NCBI GenBank assembly: GCA_002633005.1
Contig: NMRA01000257.1
Location: 534,410-591,056, forward strand
From: Phoronis australis
Lineage: Eukaryota > Animalia > Phoronida
Length of the DNA stretch: 56,647 bases
Direction: 5' to 3'
The notes below the pieces were generated by a model, which saw nothing but the letters and a program-made list of their open reading frames with translations, was not told the DNA's origin and searched no databases. Each line of letters begins with the position of its first letter. Positions within the stretch are counted from its first letter, which is position 1. Below, in pieces: positions 38,301 to 50,200 of the stretch. A program made the position numbers and the translations under genes.

Positions 38301-40975
38301 AAACGAGGGTGCTATAGACGAATACGACAGCTATTTTTTTACCAAAATACCTTAGTTTTCGCGAGTTAACTTGGCGTAGAAACCAAACTAGATGAGTCAT
38401 CGAAAGTTCCTAACAGATTTTTTGAGAGTTATCGACAAGTTTTCACTCAGAGGAATTTTCATTAAAAGCGGCTAAGGGGATTTTTGCAATGAATATACAT
38501 TTGATTAAACTGAAAATTTGACTTAAAATGAGGTCCAGTTGTAATAAAATGACATGTAAGTATTAATGTTCTTTCTCCTTTCAGAAAATATCTACTTTCA
38601 CTAGTTGAAACAGCCTAGTTTTTCTGGTACTAGACTTTGAATTAACGGTCCCCAATAAGGTGGTACTCACGGTATATTAATAGCCACATGTGTGAATATT
38701 ATTCAAATCTAAGCATTGATTCAATCAGATAAAAGGACACTACCCTTCGATGTTTACTCTTGACAGATAATAATGTAAACAAAGCACAACAATGTAAAAA
38801 AAACTAGTATTCTGTTGACCTTCGCCGGACAATATTCAACCTTTTCATTGAAGCTACACGTGTGTTTTAGAAATGAACTAAATTGAAAGTGTAACTAACG
38901 CTTCTTGTGAGTTGATTTAAGACTGTGAGGAGATCAGAGAGGTCGTGAGCGAATCCTTGTATGACAAAGTGAACACATTGTTTTAGTTGAGCAATACATC
39001 CATTGTCGTGGGATACACCAATTATACTTTATCAGGAAAAGGAGACAGTTTTGGGGTCAACACGACACTAAAACCTGGTTCAGTATGATTTTCAATCGCT
39101 TTAGTAATATGTTATGTGTCGTTGCGGATAATTTTCTAATAAGGCTTTATGAGTCTTAATAAATTGTGTCATCCAATAGTCCCCCAGATTTCATATCTGA
39201 ATTGGCGTTACCAGAAAATGCTAACCGAGAACTTAAGGAATCGTAAAGTTGAAGTTGAGGCGGTGTTGGGCGAGGAAAGTTGGTTACGACTGGGAAACAA
39301 CTTTGTTGTGGTCGGCAAATGAATGTGTAAAGTTTGTGTCGAGAGAAGAGAAGTTGACGGGGACAGGTTGGATGATTGTGCAAATTTCTTTCCATCCCGT
39401 CGCTCAATATTACATTTCAAGTCTCTCAGTAGCAGCTTGACCCATCCCTCAAAAATGTTAAATGGTTTCCGACGGATTAGTATCAAATACGGCGTACCAG
39501 CACCGTGATCATGGCTTCCGTGCCTGTATTACAAGCACCGTGAATGGATAATTGCGAAACAAATGCCACTAACTATCACCAATGCAACACGAAAGTGTTA
39601 CGCTCGCATGGAGCATTATTCGTTCAACAAATTGTTTGCAGGTATCGCTCCCGGTGGAAATGCAAACGTTTCGTGTCGGCCAGAAAGATTGGTAAGTGAC
39701 CGAATTAATTTTTATTCGCCGTGAATTTAAGTGAAAACTGACACTGATATTAATTATCTACCATCAATTTTACCCTCGTTAATCTGGTTTTAATTGCATA
39801 TGCTTTCGACTTTTGGCTCACTTATCACCAACCAAGTTATGCTCAGTCAAGTGAACTAACAGAATCGAAATTTAAGTTATTTCTACCAACAAAATCGATT
39901 TCGAAACTTCTTTAACTATCGAAATATGCATAGTATTCTCTGTCGCCACGGAGGACATGCTGAGCATTGACTGTTCAAAAGTCACGGCTAGCCAGCCCTT
40001 AATAGTCATTTCCTGAGCGATCGTGCCAATGTTTATTTGAAATCAGTAGTTAAAGTGGATCACTGGCTCTTTTTTCCTACAATAAATTAATACCACGCAA
40101 ATTAAATGAAAAAATCCAAGAGAAAAACAAACTAAGAGCCAGTAGATATAGGGGCCCATCCCTCAAAAGGGAAAATTTGGATCGACACATTCTCAAACGG
40201 GTGCTGAGAGACTGTTCCCTATAACGATTGCAGGTGATTTATATATTCAAAATCAGTCTTGCATGATTTCTAAATTCTAACTAAACGTTAATGCAATTCC
40301 CCGAACTGAAGTGTAAGGCACCTTCAAAGAGGCATTGAACGCGAAAGCTCGTCAAAAAGACCTTTTAAACAATTCCTGACGAAAGTACCATCTTCTACGT
40401 CTGGTAAAGCGTGTTTTCATTTTTTCTGTGGGAAAATTTCCAGAGAAAATTACAACATTCAGGATTTTTGAAGTATGCACGAAGGCATAGCTCTGTGGTT
40501 ACCACAGAATCTCTAATCTACCCCCCCCCCTCCCAATTATGATAAATGCGTGCATGCGCTCACAGTCAAATGCTTCCATATAAGGAGAATGTGCTACGTC
40601 TATGTCTTGCCATGCCAAATAAGGATGCCTGCTTTGCCTTGTGGAAGAAAAAAGACGAATTGGAGAGCAGTTTACACATTTTTAATTTCTTAAATTTGAA
40701 ACTAAAAGAAAATTGTTTAATATCAACAGAAATTAAAAACCTTACGTACTAACCCTAAAACATCAGGTGAGCAGGTTTAATTCCATTTTAGTGACATAGA
40801 ACCACTTTCAATATTGCAATTGAGTCTGTTTTCACGTTCCAGGTATCTTTAACTAATTTTACTTTTCATTTTATCAATTTATTCTTATTATTTAATGACG
40901 CAATTGATACACGCTCTAATGACCTGAGCGCTAGTAGCCTAACATAGGGATAAAATATCTCATAAAAAATTTCAG

Positions 40976-41239
40976 AGCCACTCTACCGTCTGAGTACACT
41001 TTCGTCAATGGGTTCCGGAACTGTCCGCGTGTACGGCGGAATTAACGTTGACCTAGCCACTGACCTCATATCAGCCAGCGTGTATGATGCAAGAGTCTCA
41101 ACGTTATCAGCGTCAGAAGTCCAGTCAATATCCAGCGGACTAGACTACAAGGAGTTTCGTATACACACTGGTGTTAACGTCTTCACGGCTACTGGAAGCA
41201 AGACTAATTTATATTCTAGGATTGTGAGCCTCCACTATG
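40976..41239 (+). CDS. Gene 2 candidate exon: beta-rich domain of unknown family (possibly Tie Ig1-like)
   Basis: tttcag|..|gtaata; 264 nt, phase 1-1, open frame EPLYRLSTLSSMGSGTVRVYGG..SRIVSLHY. Confidence 0.55.
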
Positions 41240-44200
41240 GTAATACCTTACTGTACCCTACAGCAAATACATAGGCGGATTTAGGGGGGGCCCAGGGGTC
41301 CCGGGCCCCCCCTCCCCTTGGCTGCTGCAAAAAATATATCAGTAAGAGCGTAGGGAAATAAATGTTGAGTTTATTAATTAACCCAGGTAATTAAAAGATA
41401 CGGATGAAAAAAGATTTAAATGTGTGCAGTTTTAGTGTTGGGGGGGCTCAAATCCAATTTCAAGTGTCAAATTCGGAACACGGCGCATTCGTAACGGAAC
41501 TATGGCTAAGTATAGGCTCTCCCGCGATATCCCAAGCGACCGGTAGTGGCGCTGCACACTACGACTCAGTTTCCGTCGTCTGCTCCACTGTGCAATGAAG
41601 AAAATTTACTTCATTTTTTAAAGAAAATGGAACCTGAGTGACGATGAAAAAACAGAAGCTGCTGGTAAGATGGGAATTTTAATAGAAGCCTTAGTGAATC
41701 ACTCAGAAACTCGCAATACTCTCTTTGTCAAACCTTATGTTAAGACGATTTCCAAAGCAATCCCCGGTCATTATTGCCAACACGAATAACGGATTTGGTC
41801 TTTTGGGCATTTTAAGACTATTTTAAATACGACAAATTTGTTAAGAATCGATGGCACAAAACGTGTAATAAGCATTACAAAAAGAAGTAGGTTTCGCGCG
41901 CAAACGCTGTGGACCATAAACAAGTANNNNNNNNNNNNNNNNNNNNNNNNNNNNNNNNNNNNNNNNNNNNNNNNNNNNNNNNNNNNNNNNNNNNNNNNNN
42001 NNNNNNNNNNNNNNNNNNNNNNNNNNNNNNNNNNNNNNNNNNNNNNNNNNNNNNNNNNNNNNNNNNNNNNNNNNNNNNNNNNNNNNNNNNNNNNNNNNNN
42101 NNNNNNNNNNNNNNNNNNNNNNNNNNNNNNNNNNNNNNNNNNNNNNNNNNNNNNNNNNNNNNNNNNNNNNNNNNNNNNNNNNNNNNNNNNNNNNNNNNNN
42201 NNNNNNNNNNNNNNNNNNNNNNNNNNNNNNNNNNNNNNNNNNNNNNNNNNNNNNNNNNNNNNNNNNNNNNNNNNNNNNNNNNNNNNNNNNNNNNNNNNNN
42301 NNNNNNNNNNNNNNNNNNNNNNNNNNNNNNNNNNNNNNNNNNNNNNNNNNNNNNNNNNNNNNNNNNNNNNNNNNNNNNNNNNNNNNNNNNNNNNNNNNNN
42401 NNNNNNNNNNNNNNNNNNNNNNNNNNNNNNNNNNNNNNNNNNNNNNNNNNNTGTTCGGAGATAATTTCGAAATATTTTCCGTGAGATACAGACAGGAGAT
42501 CTTGATCTGTGTTGTTTAGGCTTGTGATTTTTTTGAGTTCTAAACACAAAACGCTTGTTATCCTGGCCAGTCGTTCGGAGCCCGATCAGGCCCGTCACGG
42601 CCCCCGGATTGATTCGTTATCCCTGCCAGTGCCTCGGAAACTGATTAGACATCATGAACATAAACCATATAAAGTTCAGTGGAAACTAAACTTCCAGTCA
42701 AGAAAGTACTATACTAGTGAGCCAAAGTAATGTGCACGTGATTACGTTGGTGATTAGCCACGAAATTGCTTATCTACTTAGGGGCCTACTCGTCGGGGAC
42801 CGCGATTTCAGGTTCCGCTTTGGCCATAGCACGGTCAGGGCAGAAGTTGTAGGCCTACATTGACAATCATTATTTGAGTAATGTAAATGTAAATAAAGAT
42901 TCCCCTAACACCTGGCCGTGGGATGGAAATCGAGTTGTTTCACAACAGTTTCTGCCAGCAAACACTAAATTAGCATGAGCTCACACGGCCTAGGTGTCCC
43001 GTCAATTAGTTTTATTGCACTTAAACCCGGTAACGCAGTGATTTATTCATTGCTGGCTTTTCAAATCATTTGCACTCACGAAAACTCCAAAGGCATTACA
43101 AATTGCATCTAATGAGACAGACTTTGTTTCAGTTTTATATAAGTATTGGTTAGGGTGAGAATAATTCATTTTGGCAACCGTCGCAATCCCGCCGGACGAG
43201 CTAGAGCTCATCAGTCCCGACTTCGCAGGTGGATCGTTAAGTTTTACAGGCTACCAATTCTAACAGGAATACAGTGATGAAGAAATACTAGGGAGGCGCC
43301 GTGAACAAGCTCAGACAACGGAACGTATAGAGATATTTGGTAAGCCGACATTCGTCAGGCACTGTCGACGTCTGCAGGCCACAGACACGAAGATGTTTCA
43401 CGGCCTCATACTGGCTATTTACAGCGTACATTTCATTCTTCACTACCATGAGCCACTTCCTAAGCATTTCTGGCTCTCGAGGAACTAAAAAAACGATATG
43501 CCCGCTTTCCTCGCAGCTGCTTAGTTCGGACAAGCGGGAACGATTCACCGCAACGGCATTCACTCTGCATATGAACCAAAGACGTCGCTAGCCTCGTTTC
43601 TCACCTTCCTCACAGGTTAACGCGACACCTCTTGGCAAGGTAAGGTCGACCGTATGCGAGGCGATGCTTATATAGACCTATTAAGACGTCAAAAAAGATT
43701 AATTAAGTCGGGTGGCATTCTCCTTTAAGGCTGGGTTATTATCCCCTACAACCATGTTAAAATAGTTACTTTGGGAAGAATTAAAAAATCGTGTTGAAAT
43801 CGACAACATTTTTTGAATTGTTGTCATTTTTGCAATCAGTGAAGTACAGTGTTTTAGTTGATGGTCAGGACGATTGTATGACCGGGAGATTTTGATTTGG
43901 ATGCCAGTAAGTCAACTTTTCGGTCTTTAAGTGGGTACCATTACAATTGCTTCATTGCTCGAGCTTCTGTAGAAAAAACAACGACTACCACCCTTTCATG
44001 TGGCTCATTTTAGCAAAACATGGGCCAGTAGTTGTATTGACAAGGGCCAGTAGTTGTATTGACATGGGCCAGTAGTTGTATTGAAAGTAATGAAATGGGC
44101 CAGTAGTTGTACTGAAAGTAACGAAATTTGGTTGTTTTACTTTTGATATCGTTCCTCAAGTCACGATAACTTTTCGGCAGAAGTGCATTTGGTAAAGTGG

Positions 44201-47200
44201 CGTGGGGATGAAAAATTGTGTGTACAATATGTACATTTTCTGCATATACTAGCGTCTCCCTTAATCATCCGAATGGTTCATTGCTTTTTAGCACCGGGAA
44301 CTGTATTTTGGTGGACTGTAACATCAGAACAACCTCAGATAACGCTTTTATTTTTAAAATTTAGACAAACCTAGGTATCAAGTTGTTATTACTTGTTCTG
44401 GCGTGTCTTAAGCTAAGCACAAACAGTTACCTTGTTTACCGCTAGCATGCGTACAGTACCTGTTTTGTTTAAATGTAGGTAAAATTCCTCTCTCTAAAGC
44501 TGACCAGTCATCGACGCTGAGACTTGTTTCTTCCTCGTTCAACTGGATTGCTGACGCCGGGAAGGCCATTGATGGCAATCATTCTACAGACTTCATGAAC
44601 GGAAAGTCTTGTTCACATACATTGAAGAGAGCTAACCTGAAAAATCCGTGGTGGAGAGCGGAGTTAAATGGAACTTTCATTGTTCACGGGATTCACATAA
44701 CCAGTGGAAAAGGCTCTCGTGAGTGTACTTGCAGTTGATGTGAAATTTCTTTCATTTCACTAGCAACTCCCGGGTGGGTCGTTTTTTGCCAATCATCACA
44801 AAACATTTACTAGCATGTTTTGAACAACAGTGTTTTTCTTACAAATTGCGTTTGTCGGGAAGAGGTGCAGTTGATTACCATGTAACGATATGTGTAAGAT
44901 GCTCATTGTGTAGTTACGATGTGATTACGATATGGTTACGATTTGATTACGATGTGACTGCGATGCTATTCGGTACAGCAATCCAAAGCAGCAGGCAGTG
45001 TCCGAAAAATTCTTCGGTTGAAAGAAATTTCATGATGGTTTGATGGAAGTATCAGAATGTCCTTAAAACCACACTGAAATACAGCATCCACCATGAGTAA
45101 CAGTGTTCATGCCATCTAGCATGCACGCGCCATGTTTAACGAATAGAAGCTTGTTTACATTCATATCGGTTGTCACTTGAGATTAAAGGTTGCCTCATAG
45201 TCACTGTACGTAGAGCTGCAGGATAAGATTTCGTGGCTATTATTTTTTCTGCTATGACAAAAGAATTATATGTTAACCATTATTTACCGGTAAAAATCCT
45301 CACGTGTTATGTGGCACGTTTTCTATAGAAAATTAAGTTGTTATGGATGAAACTTCACGCATATGATGAGCAGTAGAGAGTACTGTATAAGACATCATTG
45401 GCCAATCATAGTCTGAGAAACCCAATCCTTGTTCACGCTGCAGAGCAAAGAATACATGTCTTAGCTAACTGTAAGTGCCATTAAATCTGCTCACGAAACG
45501 ACAGACAACAGAAATATGTTTCCATGCAAAGCATGCGTCAGAGTATTTTCGGAGTAAGTCCGGGATTCTAGATTATGTGTAATTCACTGAAATAATTGAA
45601 GACTCAGTGAAGTGTAGCCCAATTCTTTTCATTTCCACAAAAAGAATATCATGTTGAGCATCACTTAGGAAATGAAGCGTGAAGAATATCTTTTCACGTG
45701 TGTGCGAGCTCTAACCACGGAGTATAAACCTGGATTATCAAACACAAGTTTAAGATTAAATGTAAACACAAATGGGGAATTGTGCTCGCAGACACATCAA
45801 GAAGCAGAATTAGCTTGACATATTTTTGATTTTCCACAAAAAAATCCGCAACAAATCCACAGCAATTCCCATCGTTTTATCTCGCATGATTGGTACTTTA
45901 TATGATCACGTGCCCAACGTAATAAATGCTGTTGTTTAATATGGCTGCTACAGTTGGCACGATGGTTATGGCCAAGGCATCCATGGAATTGCATCAGCGT
46001 AACCATTTATCAAACCACTAACAGTTCTTATGGCCATCCTTTCACCCAGACATGTAATTTATTACCAAATCAATGTTTAAGTTAAAATCACTTAAAGCAT
46101 ATTTATCCTTGGGCAACTTACACTACCTTGCACGCTTTTAACTTAATATCTTTCTTAAACGTCTTGAAGTCGTCTGGATACTAGTGAAATAGTGGAGCCA
46201 TACAATGAAACAAAAGGGGCAGTTTTGGAGTGCAAATTAAAGTTCCAGTTATGTGATAAATTGATCATGGTTCAATAGCTTGTGTCGTCAGTGTCTCAGT
46301 GACACAACGTTGTGCTTACTAAATATTCTAAGTATATATTTTCGGCCATCATACCATCAGTATAAAAGGTCATACGGTTGGTTGTAAATGACGTTTCACT
46401 TCAATATCGGGAATCGTCATGGGAGACCACGAGGAACGTATTTGGCAGACGAATGAGCATGATTTGGTTAAAACTGAATGTGTTGTTGAACTGGTACTTT
46501 CCTACGACCTGTTGTGATACTGACCGTGATATGGGATGAGAATTGCTGGTAAAAGTCGACAAGCCCTAAACCAGAATCGAGGTTTGCATTTGTACTACGT
46601 TTTCTTACTAATAGCGTGAAGACTCTTACTTCGTAACACTGTTTGTTAACAACATATCGCCTCACTTCTCATTTGTTTGAAAGTCATTGAAAACCTGATT
46701 TCATCGCATGTTTAGAATAAATATCATCATGGTGCCGAGATGCGTAATTAAAAGTGGTTTTATAGTATATCACTAGGTGGTGGTGTGACTTTTTTCAAAA
46801 ATCCTTTTTTAAATGTTACTTTGTCTTCATTGCTCATTATTTTGTTTATTGTGGCTCGCTTTGTTTAAATTTACATGTTCTAATATCTCTGGCAATAATT
46901 TTATCAATGTACATGAGTTCTAAATTTCAACATGCCATTAATACTAAGTTCTTGAAAGCAATAATTCGCATGACTGCAAGATGTTTGTTATTCAGTTTTC
47001 TTGAGTATGCCTCGAGTATATTGATCCTGAACTTAGATGATTGCAAGTACACAGGACTTGGGAAGGATTACATGGGTACAGTCAACACAACACACGATGA
47101 AACAACGTGTAAGATGTGGAAAGACACGAGTTACATGGATCTCCACGAAAACTACTGCCGGAATCCTGACGGCGAAACAGGCGGGCCGTGGTGTTATGTT

Positions 47201-50200
47201 CATGGTGACCCTAAGTGGAAGTATTGCAGCGTGAGCCTGTGTTCAGGTATTACACTTAGATTGCGGGTCGAAATGGGTCGACGGTGACGTGATATAACAC
47301 TGGCCTATCAAAAATTGTTTTATTAAAAGTCTTTGCTCCATAACTGCAGTTACGTTCCATCAGACTTTACTCTAAGTTTTGAAACCTTTTATGTATTTGT
47401 TTTCCAAATCCTATACAATGCAAAATCTGACAAAAACTTTTGATCAATCTTCGTAATTACGCGGCCGTCCTGTTTGTTTAAAGCGTCCAGTTTGGATGTT
47501 ATCGTGAATTCATAATTCGACCTTGTATGTAAACTACAGACAATTAATAATTGAAAGGCGTCAAAATGCGGTCTTTAATGTGAATATAAGGCGGTTCAAT
47601 GCCATCATATTTCTCTAATAGTTTTAAATTATGATTTCAAAATCCCATTTTGATGGTTGATATCTCTTTTATGTGAGGTTGATAACAAAATCTGTACTGA
47701 AATTGGAGATTCATAAGGTGATGAATTTCATATCATAATGTCATGAACTTCTTGACCTTATGAGTATCCAATTTCGTTTCAGATTTTCATCTGATGACAA
47801 GGTCTCAGTGAGGTAATCTGTGTACTAATTACATGGGCGCACCCGGGAGGGGCTCGACGGGCTCGAATGAGCCACCCAATTTGGCGAATTGGGCAAAAAG
47901 GTCCGCCTGAGCGAAACAAAAAGTCTGAGTGAACGAGTGAGAAGTCCACAGTCGGCAGTCGGTGCGGATGCACAATGCGTGACCCTGAACATAGTGGCAC
48001 CGTTTTTTTAGTCCTCATTGATTCCTTTTACTAAAAGGTGCGCACACCGAAGAATTCGAGCCCCCCATCCCCATACTTTAAACGCGCATGAATCAACCAA
48101 GTTTAAATTTCAAAAGGTCTAAAAATGAAATTTCCGATAAAGCCGATAACGACAGGCGTGTTTTCTCAAGTCGTCAACTTTTATCCACTGCTGATGAAGA
48201 GACGTTTATCTTATGAAAATTAATCTGAATGTTTAATCCTTATATTTGGAAGCATTCCTTGAAAATGTGCAGTTTTTCAAATAGTATTTTTTTTTACCTC
48301 TGTTGACACTGCTCGCAAAGCGCTGAACTTTGGTCGTGCCAGTGTGATTGTCTGTCGATGAGGCGTTGTGCAAATAGTGGATTGAGTATTTGGAACTCTG
48401 TGTGATGTGTAATAATTTACTTTACTGACGAGAACATCAAAAAATAAAAGAACGTTTTTCTGCTCATAGATCTTTCGGAGTCACTGTCGGATTTCCAAGT
48501 CCGGATTTCCAATACAAGTGACACGCCACAAGCGACCTCTACTGACGTTATGTGCAAACACTACAACAGCACCATCAGTGACGCCACTACTGTGTACATT
48601 GCTTGTGATCGTCCAGTGAGTGGGAGATATATCTACATTATCAAGAACGGGAACAGCAAATCAGAAACGCTGTCTTTATGTGAGGTGGAAGTATTCGGAA
48701 CCCCAGCGGTTGCAGGTACTTGAGTCGAGAGTAATTTTCAAACTAAACTATAGACAAACTTCAACAGAACTCTACCATCTTTACAAAAGTAGTTGGCAGC
48801 GTATTCGAACCTTTGTCGCAATAAAAAAGTTTGCAACTTTTGTATAGGTTCAGTGTTACTTTCTTACGCCTCGTGGGTACATGTAAGTGTTTAGTAATGT
48901 AATGGATGTGCGCGATATATTGCCGCGATTTCATCGAACTTGGATGGGGAAACACCTATCACTATTCAGCCAAAATTGAAACGGATTTCAGTTGAAAAGA
49001 AGTAGATATTTCTCGCAGTTTTGTGTTCCGAATTATTTTTGAATTTCGACATACAGTAGTCCAGTTTGAAAACGATTGAATACGATGTTTCTGGTATACC
49101 GAATGATTGTATCTCTTTAATATTCGACGTTTGTTTCTTACTATCTTGACATGTTCAGCTTGGTTTTCTTGGGTCTCGTTCTAGCGTCAAGCGCTCTATC
49201 TAGGAGAGTTAGCGTTGGAGATCGCGCAACTATAACATTTGATGGTATAGAGCCATCCGGTGTAGAGTGGCAAAAAGACAACCAAGGATTTTACAGTGGG
49301 GGATACATAAGTAGCTGGCAGGGAAGTCTAACAAACAGCATCGACACCGTAGAGGAGGGACACGGTGGAGTCTACACCATCCATCAGTCAAGTGGAGAAG
49401 TGCTCGGGATTACTCGACTATTTGTTAGAGGTTGAAAATATGTGTCGCTATTGAATAATTTTGAGACAACCTATTGTGTCTGAAACAAAGTTTTAACAAC
49501 AATTGATTGTATATAATACATCTTGCCATATTTACCAAACCAAAACACGTTGTTATGAATAGCTCCACGCGGTTGAATAATCTACTAGTGTTCAATGCTC
49601 TGTGGTACCATTAAAACTATATTTACAGTAAGCTTATAGCGTCATTAACGTTTCTTCACAACGCAAGGTTTAAGATGCCGTAAATGGGGGTGGGCAACCA
49701 CAATTTTGAAGTCCACTTGAGAAACGACGTCGACCGCGGTAGTCTTAGTCCTGTGCTTAAGAAGCGCAGGCGCCCTGTTCATCAAACCAAGCTGTCCGTT
49801 CCGCTGGCGCAGTGCAGTGGCAACAAAAATCTCACCAGTTTTCTTTAAAAGTTTACATGCACTACATGCCAAGAGCGCGATCACGCGAGTTTACCCCCGA
49901 GATTCTTGCGTCTAAGGAACTCAACTCCTTTTTTTATGCTCACACCCCTGTAAGTTAGCCCTTAAATAAATATTCAGCAAACTGTAAGTAAGGTGTTTTG
50001 TAAATATTTTGACTCGATATAATCAATCAATTCATTTTCTAGTTTGCCGTCGAGGTAAATTTGGTGGCGACTGCACAGACGACTGCCCGCAATGTGAGAA
50101 CGGAGGTGTATGTCACGACATCACGGGCGAGTGTATATGCCCCCCGGGATTTCGGGGTGATATCTGTTCCATAGGTGAGAGCAGTTGGTGTTCACATTCG

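Noticed and set aside
38235-38466. Imperfect inverted repeat as a structured ncRNA
   Set aside because: More consistent with a decayed MITE; no TSD or RNA family features recognised.
41771-42598. Long ORFs of 190-275 aa in the ORF track
   Set aside because: Artefacts of translating through the N gap.
44019-44125. Short repeats that superficially resemble a CRISPR array
   Set aside because: No unique spacers, eukaryotic intron, no cas genes; it is a minisatellite.
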